Positions 20,504 through 30,344 of a stretch of DNA of 64,000 nt are shown here, piece by piece. The notes under the pieces are model-generated. The model made no database searches and had not been told where the DNA came from. It worked only from the letters and a program-made list of their open reading frames with translations. This DNA comes from Bacteroidota bacterium. GTDB taxonomy: Bacteria; Bacteroidota; Ignavibacteria; UBA10030; UBA8401. The position numbers and the translations under genes are program-made. The stretch is from NCBI GenBank assembly GCA_005792285.1, contig SXSI01000047.1, positions 18,497 to 82,496 on the forward strand. Direction: 5' to 3'. The first letter of the stretch is position 1; each line of letters begins with the position of its first letter.

Positions 20504-20935
20504 ATGATTCGTCGAATATTTTTTGTTTCATTTTCAATTGTAATCTTATCATTTAATTTAATTAGTCAGGAAATTAACAAACATGTTCAAACTACTTCAG
20601 AACTAATTTACAATGCAAAATTATCAACTATAAATCTGAATATAAAGTTTCAATTAATTAAAGGAATTCATATTAACACAGAACCTCAAATAGAGTTTAT
20701 TCCAGATTTATCATCTTCCTTGAAAATTAAAAAACGAATAATTAAAAAAACCACTGAAGATTATCTCGATACTTCAACTCCTGTTCAATTTATCATCCAG
20801 CTTAATAATAAAAAAATAAAATTGGATTCATTGAAAGGTAAATTACAATATTTTTATTGTTCTGATGAAGAAGGTTGGTGCAATCGTTTCACTCAAAATA
20901 TTTCATTACCCTTAAACATGTCTTCCAATAAATAA
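20504..20935 (+). CDS. Stand-alone periplasmic DsbD-alpha-like (DsbD N-terminal domain) protein.
   Basis: Signal peptide. The NIKFQLIKGIHINTEPQIEFIP and YFYCSDEEGWCNRF...LPL motifs parallel the QIKDGYYLY...TYQGCADAGFCYPP region of E. coli DsbD-alpha, compared from memory. Confidence 0.45.
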   Translation: MIRRIFFVSFSIVILSFNLISQEINKHVQTTSELIYNAKLSTINLNIKFQLIKGIHINTEPQIEFIPDLSSSLKIKKRIIKKTTEDYLDTSTPVQFIIQLNNKKIKLDSLKGKLQYFYCSDEEGWCNRFTQNISLPLNMSSNK

Positions 20936-21675
20936 TGGAGAAAGTTGGTAAGAAAATATATTTTTTCTCTGATGCTCATATTGGATTAAATTCAAATGAA
21001 GTTGAAATTGAAAAACAAAAAAGAATTTTAAGATTTTTAGATTTAGTAAAATCGAACGCTTCTGAACTTTTTATTTTAGGCGATCTTTTTGATTTTTGGT
21101 TTGAATATAAAAATGTAATTCCCAGTGTTTATAATAATATAATTGAAGCATTATTCGGTATTACTAAAAGTGGAATTCCTGTTCACTTCATTGTTGGTAA
21201 TCACGATTATTGGACGAAGGATTTTTTCCCAACTCAAATTGGTGTCACTGTTTACAAAAAACCAATTACAATTGAAAGATCAGGTTTTACTATTCATCTT
21301 CATCATGGTGATGGATTGGCGCTTGATGATAATGGTTATAAATTTATGAGTTCAATACTTCGAAATAAATTATTTATTTGGACTTATTCTCAACTTCCTG
21401 TTAATCTTGGATATTCGATTGGAAGTAAACTTTCTCGAAAAAACAGAAGTCATCACACATTGATCGATACTCATCGGGAAATAGAAGGAATGATAAATTA
21501 TGCAACTGAAAAAATCTCAAATGGATGCGATGTAGTTATTATGGGACATCGACATCAATATCTTTATCATAAAATTGACAACGGACTTTATATAAATCTT
21601 GGAGATTGGATTGAATTTAATACTTATGCAACTTTCGATGGCTCGGATTTCAAATTAAATCATTGGGATAAATAG
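20935..21675 (+). CDS. lpxH: UDP-2,3-diacylglucosamine diphosphatase (LpxH-type metallophosphoesterase).
   Basis: The sequence runs collinear with E. coli LpxH motifs. DAHIG, ILGDLFDFW, GIPVHFIVGNHDYW, HHGDGLALDDNGYKF, VIMGHRHQ and LGDW are all present. Confidence 0.75.
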   Translation: MEKVGKKIYFFSDAHIGLNSNEVEIEKQKRILRFLDLVKSNASELFILGDLFDFWFEYKNVIPSVYNNIIEALFGITKSGIPVHFIVGNHDYWTKDFFPTQIGVTVYKKPITIERSGFTIHLHHGDGLALDDNGYKFMSSILRNKLFIWTYSQLPVNLGYSIGSKLSRKNRSHHTLIDTHREIEGMINYATEKISNGCDVVIMGHRHQYLYHKIDNGLYINLGDWIEFNTYATFDGSDFKLNHWDK

Positions 21676-21677
21676 CA

Positions 21678-23939
21678 ATGGCAAATACAACAAAACCAAT
21701 TTCAAATTCTAAATCGCCTCTTCCTAAAAAAAATAATCCCATAATTAAATTAAAATCAGTTTTAATTTTTATTTTTGTTTTAATTATTGCTTTTAATTTA
21801 TGGTATTTACCATATATTTTTCAAGGTTTGCCTTCTCTCGAGGAACTTAAAAATCCAAAATCAGAACTCGCAACTAAAATTTATTCATCCGATGGAGTTT
21901 TATTAGATCAATTTTATTTTAAGAATCGAACTAATATTTCACTCGATCAAATTCCAAAATCTACTCTTAAAGCTTTAATTTCAACAGAAGATAAAAATTT
22001 CTACTCGCATTGGGGAGTAACTCCGTGGAGATTTATTCGAGCATTAATTAAAAATGTATTTGCATTTCGTTTAAAGGAAGGTGCAAGTACACTTACACAA
22101 CAGCTTGCAAGAAATTTATATGGTTTACAAAGTCAGAGAGAAAGCACCTTTGATAAGATGACAAGAAAACTTCGCGAATTTGCAACCTCAGTTCAAATTG
22201 AAAAAGAATTCACAAAAGATGAAATTTTGGAAATGTATTTGAATACAAATTACATGGGGCGAGGTGCTTATGGTATTTCTGCGGCTGCTTCTATATTTTT
22301 TGATAAATCTGCAACCGATTTAACTTTAGCTGAAAGTTCTTTGCTTGTCGGAATGTTAAAAGGTCCATCTTTTTATGATCCAATCCGAAATAGAATTCGC
22401 GCCTTTCGAAGAAGAGATATTGTATTAAATGAAATGGTACAGGATAATATTATAACATTAGAAGATGCAAATTTCATAAAACAAGATTCTCTCCAATTTG
22501 TAATTCGTGAACAATCTGAACTTACTGGCGACGCTCCACATTTTGTTGAATACATTCGCCAACTTTTAATTGAAAAAGGTGAAGAATTTCATTTTGATAT
22601 TTACAAAGATGGACTTTCAATTTACACAACTCTTGATAGTAGAATGCAGTTGCATGCAAATAGAGCTGTAAGTGAACATATGCCATTTATTCAAGAAGGA
22701 ATTGATTCTTCATGGTCATGGAATAATCATAAAGATATTTTAAATGATGCCGTAAAAGGAAGTATAAATAGATTTATTTCAGCTTATAAATTTTTAAAAC
22801 CAAATCAACGAGATAGCATAATTAAATCACTTCAAACTAATAAATCATTTATTGATTCAGTTAAAAAAGTTTGGCAAACTGTTCAAATTGGTTTTGTTGC
22901 AATCGATCCACACACAGGTGAAATTAAAGCAATGGTTGGTGGTGCTGATTTTAAAAAATTTAAATACGGATTAAATCATGTTACGCAAATTCAAAGACAA
23001 CCTGGTTCTGCGTTTAAACCTTTCGTTTACACAGTTGCAATTGATAATGGCTATCCTCCCTGTTTCGAATTATTAAATCAACCAATTGTAGTTGATAATG
23101 TAGATGGAACAAAATGGATTCCGGAAAATTCTGATGGAAAAATTGGAGGTAAATTAACTTTGCGAGAAGGTCTTCGTGAATCGATAAATTTAATTGCTGT
23201 TCATGCAATTTTAGAAATTGCTCCAAAAGCTCACGTCTCTCAATATGCAAACAGAATGGGAATTACAACAAAAGTTCCTCCGTACGAATCGATTGCACTT
23301 GGAACGCCGGAAGTTTTACCAATTGATATGGCTGCTGCGTTTGGTGTTTTTGCAAACGAAGGTGTTTATATAAAACCATTTGGGATTAAAAAAATTGTAG
23401 ATAAAAATGGAAATATTATTGAAAGTGTAATTACTGAGAAAAAAGAAATTCTTTCCAAGGAAACTGCTTTTATTATGACTTCGATGCTTGAAGATGTTGT
23501 AAATCGAGGAACTGGCTCAAGAGTTAGAAATCATTTTGATTATCCCGCTGCGGGAAAAACCGGCACAACTCAAGATTTTGCTGACGCATGGTTTGTTGGA
23601 TTTACGCCGCAATACTCAGCAGGAGTTTGGGTTGGATTTGATGATCATCGTGTAAAATTTACAAGTTGGGATGGTCAAGGCGGTCATGCTGCAGCACCTC
23701 TATGGGGAAGATTTATGAAATATGTTTATGAAGATAATACAATTTCTAAAATATATAATAATTTCAATCGACCAGCTGGAATTTCATCAATTAAAATTTG
23801 TCTTGAGTCTAAGAAAAATGCTACAGAATTTTGTCCAGTTCAGTACAATGAAATTTATAATATTAATTATCCAATTTCCAATTGTGAAATTCATACAAGC
23901 GCAGAATCTTCACAACAAACTTCCCCCTCTATTTTTTAG
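21678..23939 (+). CDS. mrcA: Class A penicillin-binding protein (PBP1A; glycosyltransferase plus transpeptidase).
   Basis: N-terminal TM anchor. GT51 motifs are ALISTEDKNFYSHWGV and TLTQQLARN. The transpeptidase SxxK motif is GSAFKPF, and KTGTT is also present. Confidence 0.9.
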   Translation: MANTTKPISNSKSPLPKKNNPIIKLKSVLIFIFVLIIAFNLWYLPYIFQGLPSLEELKNPKSELATKIYSSDGVLLDQFYFKNRTNISLDQIPKSTLKALISTEDKNFYSHWGVTPWRFIRALIKNVFAFRLKEGASTLTQQLARNLYGLQSQRESTFDKMTRKLREFATSVQIEKEFTKDEILEMYLNTNYMGRGAYGISAAASIFFDKSATDLTLAESSLLVGMLKGPSFYDPIRNRIRAFRRRDIVLNEMVQDNIITLEDANFIKQDSLQFVIREQSELTGDAPHFVEYIRQLLIEKGEEFHFDIYKDGLSIYTTLDSRMQLHANRAVSEHMPFIQEGIDSSWSWNNHKDILNDAVKGSINRFISAYKFLKPNQRDSIIKSLQTNKSFIDSVKKVWQTVQIGFVAIDPHTGEIKAMVGGADFKKFKYGLNHVTQIQRQPGSAFKPFVYTVAIDNGYPPCFELLNQPIVVDNVDGTKWIPENSDGKIGGKLTLREGLRESINLIAVHAILEIAPKAHVSQYANRMGITTKVPPYESIALGTPEVLPIDMAAAFGVFANEGVYIKPFGIKKIVDKNGNIIESVITEKKEILSKETAFIMTSMLEDVVNRGTGSRVRNHFDYPAAGKTGTTQDFADAWFVGFTPQYSAGVWVGFDDHRVKFTSWDGQGGHAAAPLWGRFMKYVYEDNTISKIYNNFNRPAGISSIKICLESKKNATEFCPVQYNEIYNINYPISNCEIHTSAESSQQTSPSIF

Positions 23940-24975
23940 TTGAAATTATTTTTTCAACTCCTTCTAAAACTTTTTTAGAAGAAATTTTTTCCATGCATTC
24001 CCAAGTTCCAATTGGACATTTATCGCCACCATGCATTCCACATGGCCGACAAGATAAATTATTTGTTTCAATAATTACATCATTTTCACCGTATGGCCAA
24101 AATCCAAATCGTGGATCTGTTGGCCCATAAATTCCAACTACCGGCGTATTTACTCCGGATGAAATATGAAGTGGTGCACTATCGTTTGAAATTAATAAAA
24201 CTGATCTTTTAATTAATTCGATTGATTCAAGAAGTGAAAGTTTTCCAATTAAATTTACAAATTTAGAAGAAGAGACTAATTCTGAAATTTGTTTACCTAT
24301 TCCATCTTCCGAAGTTCCGCCAATTGCAAATACTAAATAATTTTTCTTAATTAATTCTGAGACAACTTCTGCAAATCTTTCGGGCATCCATCGTTTAGTT
24401 TTCCAAACTGAACCAGGTGCTATTGTTATAATTCCAATTTCATCATTCGTATTTTTCTGAATTATATTTTCAATATTATTTTTTTCTTTCAAAGAAGGAT
24501 AATATTCCGATGTTTCTTTTTTAGAAGGACTTATTCCCAAATTTTCTAAGAGTGAAATATTTCTTTCAACTTCATGTTGAAATTTATTGAAGGGAGTTAT
24601 TTGTGTGAATAAAAACTTTCCTGCACTTTTCGAAAATCCAATTCGAATATTTATCTTTCCAAGACAGGCTAAAATTGAACTTCGAAATGATGGATGCGGT
24701 ATTAATGCAATTTGATATTTATTTAATTGAATACGCTTAATTAAACTCCAAGTTGGCAATATTCCTTTTTCAGTTTTTCGTTTATCATATCTAATAATCT
24801 CTCTGAAATAAGGATTATTCTCAATTAATTTACTTGTATCGGGAAGACATATTATATCAATATTTATTTTTGGGTAATTTTTTTTTAAAACTTGCACCAT
24901 TGGCAATGTTATTGCGAGATCACCTAAATAAGCAGTTTGAATAACTAAAATATTTTCATTCCCATTTATTTTCAT
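23929..24975 (-). CDS. Glycosyltransferase family 9 (ADP-heptose:LPS heptosyltransferase-like).
   Basis: N-terminal ILVIQTAYLGDLAITLP and the C-terminal GT9 fold pattern with the GxxG-rich region (LFAIGGTSEDG...SNDSAPLHISS). Confidence 0.75.
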   Translation of the reverse strand: MKINGNENILVIQTAYLGDLAITLPMVQVLKKNYPKINIDIICLPDTSKLIENNPYFREIIRYDKRKTEKGILPTWSLIKRIQLNKYQIALIPHPSFRSSILACLGKINIRIGFSKSAGKFLFTQITPFNKFQHEVERNISLLENLGISPSKKETSEYYPSLKEKNNIENIIQKNTNDEIGIITIAPGSVWKTKRWMPERFAEVVSELIKKNYLVFAIGGTSEDGIGKQISELVSSSKFVNLIGKLSLLESIELIKRSVLLISNDSAPLHISSGVNTPVVGIYGPTDPRFGFWPYGENDVIIETNNLSCRPCGMHGGDKCPIGTWECMEKISSKKVLEGVEKIISTKK

Positions 24976-25868
24976 TATTCTAAATTAATTTGTAAATGCT
25001 TCCATCTTTTGTGCATCCATAACCATTGTGTTGGAAATTCACGAATGTGGTTTTCTATTGTCGTAGTTATTTTTTGTGTCAATATTGAAATGGCATTTTC
25101 TTTATTCGAGTTAATTTCATCGTAAGGAATATTTTTTAAAGTTAGTTCGTATTTTCCATTTTCGAATCTAATATTTTGCATAAAGAGTAACGATGCTCCC
25201 GAACGAAGTGCAAATATTGCAGGACCTTTATGAGTTGATGCCAATCTTCCAAAGAAATTGACATAAAGTCCATCTTCTTTTCCACTTTGGTCACCGAGCA
25301 TTGCAACAATTTTATTTTCTTTTAATTCCTGCAAGACTTGCTTCGGGGCTTTATCCATTTTAATTGTTTTATTCCCAAATTGCGTTCTAAGATTATTAAT
25401 TTTATTATCAACAAATTTATTTCTTTGTTCCTGAACAACTATACTCATATTTTTATTCTGTAATAAAGTACAACATGAGATTATAAGTTCCCAATTTGCA
25501 TAATGTCCACCAATTAAAATTACTCCATTTCCTTTTTGTAATGCAAAATCCAACACTTCTGGATTAGTTAGTTTTATTATTGAAGAAATTTTTGACTTAT
25601 TCCAACTGTGCATTGATAAAACTTCTAATCCTGTAATTGTTACACTTTGGAAAGATTTTTTAGCAAGACTAACTATTTCTCTATTACTTAAGTTTGGAAA
25701 TGCATTTTTTATATTATGCATTGCAATCTTTCTTCTTTTATTAAATAGAATAAAAATAATTATAGAAATAAATTTTGATAAACAATTATAAAATCCCCAT
25801 GGAATTAACTGTACAACGATTTGAAATAAGCGGAAGGATATATACTCAATATAATTTTTCATATACAT
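24975..25868 (-). CDS. lpxL: Lipid A biosynthesis (Kdo)2-lipid IVA acyltransferase, LpxL/HtrB family.
   Basis: Single N-terminal TM helix, the acyltransferase HX4D-like region (GGHYANWE) and the C-terminal WLWMHKRWK motif. Confidence 0.8.
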   Translation of the reverse strand: MYMKNYIEYISFRLFQIVVQLIPWGFYNCLSKFISIIIFILFNKRRKIAMHNIKNAFPNLSNREIVSLAKKSFQSVTITGLEVLSMHSWNKSKISSIIKLTNPEVLDFALQKGNGVILIGGHYANWELIISCCTLLQNKNMSIVVQEQRNKFVDNKINNLRTQFGNKTIKMDKAPKQVLQELKENKIVAMLGDQSGKEDGLYVNFFGRLASTHKGPAIFALRSGASLLFMQNIRFENGKYELTLKNIPYDEINSNKENAISILTQKITTTIENHIREFPTQWLWMHKRWKHLQINLE

Positions 25869-25978
25869 TTCAATTTACTGAAAATGAAAATTAAATATTA
25901 GTATAATTTGGGATTTAGAATAACTTATTATGCTCTACTTTTGAGACGAGTTTTGAGAAGATTATTAATATTAATTAG

Positions 25979-26965
25979 TTATTTCTTGCCAAGAAATTCA
26001 AATATTTTAGAGATGAACTCATCATGTTTTTCTAAATAGAAAAAATGCCCTGCATTTTCAAACATATGCATTTCAGAATTTGCAAGAGAATTATGCAACG
26101 ATTCTAAAACGAATGAAGAAATATAATCATGTTGGCCGACCAATATTAAAGCTTTTGCATTAACTCCTTTTAGATCATCACGTGTATCAAAAGTTTTTAA
26201 ACTTCCTGATATATCAAAATATCCTGTTTGACCCCAAATTTCTTTATAAACTGCCCACGATCTTTCTGGAGTAGAAAAATTTTCAGGTATTGAAGTTCTA
26301 TTATAAAAATAATTTGGACTAAGAATTCCATTAAAAATTTCCTGCTCATAACCACTTGAATATTGACCGTCGATAAATAAACTATCTCTTTCGTAAGCTT
26401 TAATTCTTGCAACAGCAGCTCTTGGAAGAAAATTTCTAAATGAGTTTATCCAAACATTTAGATCATTTGCATCTGCGGGACTACTCATCAAAACCATTCT
26501 TTGTACATCGTTTGGATTTTTAATTGCATATTTTTGCGCCAACATTCCGCCAGTTTCATGACCAATAATAAAAAATTGTTTTAATCCCATAACTGATTTT
26601 ACAGATTCGATATCAGCAACCATATCATCAAAATTATATTTTTTAGGATCAATAAAACCTTGAGATTTTCCGCAACCTCGCAAATCAACATAAATTAATT
26701 GAAGAGTTGTGTCTAATGGAGTTAAGGTATCTTGTAAATAATCAAATGAATAACCTGGTCCTCCAGGAAGAACAATTGTCGGAGTTCCCCTTCCTTGAAT
26801 ACGAATATAAATTTCTACTCCATCTTTTCCTTTTACATATCCGGTTACTATTTTACTTAACAATGGCAACAAATCTGTTTGGACAGAACTTATCGGAGCA
26901 TCACTTGAACAACCGGCAGAAATTAAGATTATGAATATATTTAGGATTAGAAATAGTTTTTTCAT
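25979..26965 (-). CDS. Alpha/beta-hydrolase lipoprotein (proline-iminopeptidase-like fold).
   Basis: Lipobox ILISAGCSS. Oxyanion motif PGGPGYS and a nucleophile elbow GHETGG. Confidence 0.7.
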   Translation of the reverse strand: MKKLFLILNIFIILISAGCSSDAPISSVQTDLLPLLSKIVTGYVKGKDGVEIYIRIQGRGTPTIVLPGGPGYSFDYLQDTLTPLDTTLQLIYVDLRGCGKSQGFIDPKKYNFDDMVADIESVKSVMGLKQFFIIGHETGGMLAQKYAIKNPNDVQRMVLMSSPADANDLNVWINSFRNFLPRAAVARIKAYERDSLFIDGQYSSGYEQEIFNGILSPNYFYNRTSIPENFSTPERSWAVYKEIWGQTGYFDISGSLKTFDTRDDLKGVNAKALILVGQHDYISSFVLESLHNSLANSEMHMFENAGHFFYLEKHDEFISKIFEFLGKK

Positions 26966-27002
26966 TTTTAAAGTTTAATTTATTTTTTGAATATATTCAT
27001 AT

Positions 27003-27584
27003 TTATTTTTTTAACCAAAGGGATAATTTCTTTTTTATCTCTTTTTCAGTAAGCATTGATTGACCTATATTTTGAGTGTTATATTTTTGTCGTAGCATTT
27101 CATATAAAATAACAGCACAAGATACAGAGACATTCAAACTTTGCACCATTCCGCGCATTGGAATATAAATTGTTTCATCAATATAAGGATGCATTTCTTC
27201 CGAGATTCCTTGATGTTCGTTTCCCAAAATTATTGCAGCTTTTCCATTAAAGCTAATATCAAAAAGGGATTTCGAGTTTTCATCAATTTTTGTTGCGTAA
27301 AATTTATACCCTTTTTTCTTTAAGGAAGTAAAACATTTTTTAATAGAAATATGGTTTTTTTTATCAACCCATTTGTTTGCACTTGCAGAACTTTTTCTAC
27401 CGAGTTTTGGAAATTTCCCATTCGGATAAAGCAAATGAATTTCAGATATTCCAACTGCATCTGCAGTTCTGAATATTGCAGAAACATTATGAGGATCATT
27501 AATATTTTCCAATACTATCGTCAAATCAGTTATTCTGCGACGAAGAACTTTTTCTAATTTATTTTTCCTTTTCTCAGTCGCCAT
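27003..27584 (-). CDS. trmH: SpoU/TrmH-family RNA 2'-O-methyltransferase (tRNA Gm18 methyltransferase-like).
   Basis: The SpoU SPOUT class fold, with the motifs NDPHNVSAIFRTADAVGI and ILGNEHQGIS. Confidence 0.8.
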   Translation of the reverse strand: MATEKRKNKLEKVLRRRITDLTIVLENINDPHNVSAIFRTADAVGISEIHLLYPNGKFPKLGRKSSASANKWVDKKNHISIKKCFTSLKKKGYKFYATKIDENSKSLFDISFNGKAAIILGNEHQGISEEMHPYIDETIYIPMRGMVQSLNVSVSCAVILYEMLRQKYNTQNIGQSMLTEKEIKKKLSLWLKK

Positions 27585-28467
27585 TTGAAGTTTTATTTTG
27601 CAAAGTCAGAATAACAATTGAAGCAATAACCAAAAATGCACCAGCTCCTTGAATTAAAGAAAATGTAATTCCTAAAAATATTATTTCTGAACCGATTGCA
27701 AATATTGGTTCCAAGGTTGAAGTTAAAATTGCTTTTGTGCTTGATAATAATTTTAATCCATAAAAAAAACAGGAGTATGGAATTAAAATTGAAATAATTG
27801 CAATTACGGAATAAAGCAACCAATCATTCGAACTATAGTTTGCTGCAGCAATTTCCATTGGCGAATTTACTGTAATCCAAAATAATGATGCTGCTAATAA
27901 TGTGTACAACATTGAAGTTATACTTTGATATTTATTTAAAAGTTTTTTTGCAGACAATGTGAATGTTGCAAAAGAGAATGCAGCTAATACTGCATAAATA
28001 ATTCCTCTTTTAGAAGATTCAGTTAAATTAAATTCAAATCCACCAATTGCTAAATAAATTCCTACAAAAGAAATTATTATTGAATATAATAGTACTCTAC
28101 TTAATTTTTCACGAAGGATAAACACAGAATAAAGTGCTACTAATATTGGAGCCGTATATTGTACTAAAATTGCATTCGATACTGTTGTTTCTTTTATAGC
28201 TGAATAATAAAAATAATTAGACCCTGCTAATCCAAATATTCCTGTAATAATAAAATATTTAAAATCCTTCCAATCTATCTTTAATAATTCCCGTTTAAAA
28301 AAATATAAATAGATAAATAAAAGTATTGCAGATATTGTAACGCGAGTTTGCGATAAAATTAAAGGATCTCCAGTTTTTTCAAGAACTATTTTTACAACAG
28401 TTGCGGAAATTCCCCAAAAGAAAGATGCAATAACAACAAAAATATAACCTCGCAGCGAACTTCTCAC
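27574..28467 (-). CDS. EamA/DMT-family membrane transporter.
   Basis: A 10-TM protein with the two duplicated EamA halves. Confidence 0.75.
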   Translation of the reverse strand: MRSSLRGYIFVVIASFFWGISATVVKIVLEKTGDPLILSQTRVTISAILLFIYLYFFKRELLKIDWKDFKYFIITGIFGLAGSNYFYYSAIKETTVSNAILVQYTAPILVALYSVFILREKLSRVLLYSIIISFVGIYLAIGGFEFNLTESSKRGIIYAVLAAFSFATFTLSAKKLLNKYQSITSMLYTLLAASLFWITVNSPMEIAAANYSSNDWLLYSVIAIISILIPYSCFFYGLKLLSSTKAILTSTLEPIFAIGSEIIFLGITFSLIQGAGAFLVIASIVILTLQNKTSNGD

Positions 28468-28471
28468 AAGT

Positions 28472-30211
28472 CTATTTGCATATCAACAAAGGTGAGACTT
28501 TAATTTTTCCATCAATAGAAAGTATACAATAGTAAGTTCCGGACGAAAGTGATAATGTATTAAATTTCACTTCGTATTTCCCTTTTTGAACTTGTTGATT
28601 GAAGATCGTGCTAATCAGCTGTCCGGAAATAGAATAGATTTTGATTTCTGCATTTGATTCTGAAGATGAATTAATTTGAAAAGTTGTCGACGGATTTGCG
28701 GGATTTGGAAATATATTAAAATCTGAATTCTGTTTTCCATTTTCAGAATGCTTTACAAATGTTACAATAATATTATCTTTTCCACCGGCATCTAAATATC
28801 GAGCTTTAAATTCCTGTAAAAATAAATTTGCAATTCTATTACTCTGAATGATTACAGTATTTTCGTTATTCGTATTTTCTGCTGAAGTAGACCAATTGTG
28901 TGAACCAGTTACAACTTTTCCTTGCAATGAAGTTTTATCTCCATCAACAATTGCATATTTGTGATGAAAAAATCCACCAAACGAAGATGGCCTTGTGAAA
29001 ATATCAACTCCTGCATTTAGCAAAGTTGCATATTCATTTCCTGTATCAGAATTATTATCCATTAAAACTTTCGTTTTAATACCCTGATTTTTTTTCTGCA
29101 TAATTATTTGCGATAAATCATCTCGAGTAAAAGACAAGACGCAAACATTTATCGATGATAAACTTGATGACAAACAACTATAAATTTGTGAAGTTGTTCC
29201 ATCAGATGGACTAAAATAAGATTCAACAGGAGTATTGTTTATCATAAACCGATGAGGAGTATTGTTAGTTTTTCTATTTCCAAATCTTGTTAAAGATGCA
29301 TTTGGAATTTCTGTTGAACTTCCCCACATTTCTTCGAACTCGCGAGTATATGCATTTGCAAGTGCGACATCCTGAAAAATTACAACATTTTGAGCATCGT
29401 TATTTGTTCCAGGATCTGATGCATTCCACGAACCAGTCCAAATAAAATCATCTTCAAATGATGAAGAATTTCTATTATCAAATATTCCAAATTTATTGTG
29501 CATGTAACCACTTGAAGCGAAAGTATCAAATTTATCTGTTATAAATGGAACACCAGAATTTTTTAAAAGTGTCATTGCCGATGTAGTTGAATTATCTTCT
29601 TCACCAATAAAACGAACTTTCACTCCACGGTTTTTTGCGCTAATTAATGCATTTGCAATTTCTGTGCCAACATTTCCGCTTAAACTATAAAGAGAAATGT
29701 CAATTGTATATTGCGCCAAATTAATTCTCTCAACAAACTTTGAACCTAAATTTGCAACAGTTGCATTTTCACCAAGTGAAACTGAATTGTTCACATATTT
29801 TGAAAAGTAAACCCAAATAGCTCCCGAAACAGAAAGTGGTGAAGCTGTACTGAAAAGAAAATTTCCAGAATTACCTGTTCCAGTAGAATCCTTCGAACCA
29901 ACTGAACAATTATAAATTGTCGCTGGAATTAAATTATTTAATTTAATCGAATGTGAAGTAACATTATCATTTGAACTAACTGAATCAGTGTAAAGTTTCG
30001 CTCCATCTACTTTTCCAAATCTAACAATACCTGTTGATTTAATATTACTATTCCAAGTAATTGTAATATTATCGGAATAAATATTTTTTTCTATTGGCAA
30101 ACCAAGTACAAGTGGCACAGATAACTGATTTTGGCAATATATCCACGAAGGAGTGAATCCAATAACGAAAATTGTTGTGAGAATTAAATAAATATTCTTA
30201 AATGTTTTCAA
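28472..30211 (-). CDS. Secreted phospholipase D (PLD)-superfamily enzyme with two HKD motifs and a T9SS C-terminal sorting domain.
   Basis: Signal peptide. The first HKD motif is HNKFGIFD...TGSWNAS. The second is HHKYAIVDGD...TGSHNWS. The C-terminal region of about 80 aa, NIFPNPANPSTTFQI...KIYSISGQLISTI...SSGTYYCIL, is a typical T9SS sorting domain. Confidence 0.75.
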   Translation of the reverse strand: MKTFKNIYLILTTIFVIGFTPSWIYCQNQLSVPLVLGLPIEKNIYSDNITITWNSNIKSTGIVRFGKVDGAKLYTDSVSSNDNVTSHSIKLNNLIPATIYNCSVGSKDSTGTGNSGNFLFSTASPLSVSGAIWVYFSKYVNNSVSLGENATVANLGSKFVERINLAQYTIDISLYSLSGNVGTEIANALISAKNRGVKVRFIGEEDNSTTSAMTLLKNSGVPFITDKFDTFASSGYMHNKFGIFDNRNSSSFEDDFIWTGSWNASDPGTNNDAQNVVIFQDVALANAYTREFEEMWGSSTEIPNASLTRFGNRKTNNTPHRFMINNTPVESYFSPSDGTTSQIYSCLSSSLSSINVCVLSFTRDDLSQIIMQKKNQGIKTKVLMDNNSDTGNEYATLLNAGVDIFTRPSSFGGFFHHKYAIVDGDKTSLQGKVVTGSHNWSTSAENTNNENTVIIQSNRIANLFLQEFKARYLDAGGKDNIIVTFVKHSENGKQNSDFNIFPNPANPSTTFQINSSSESNAEIKIYSISGQLISTIFNQQVQKGKYEVKFNTLSLSSGTYYCILSIDGKIKVSPLLICK

Positions 30212-30306
30212 TTGATTTTTGTCCTATAATCCATTATATTTTCATTCAATTTACAAAATAATATTAAGTAAAAAACAGAAAAGAAAAAATTCATAATAAC
30301 AACCGC

Positions 30307-30328
30307 AAATTGCAAATCGTTGCAATTT
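30307..30328 (+). promoter_or_regulatory. Perfect 9-bp inverted repeat (AAATTGCAA-atcg-TTGCAATTT) 17-38 nt upstream of the secD GTG. It is a candidate operator or a hairpin in the 5'-UTR.
   Basis: Read directly from the secD upstream intergenic region. Confidence 0.3.
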
Positions 30329-30344
30329 ATTCGGAGAATAAAGC

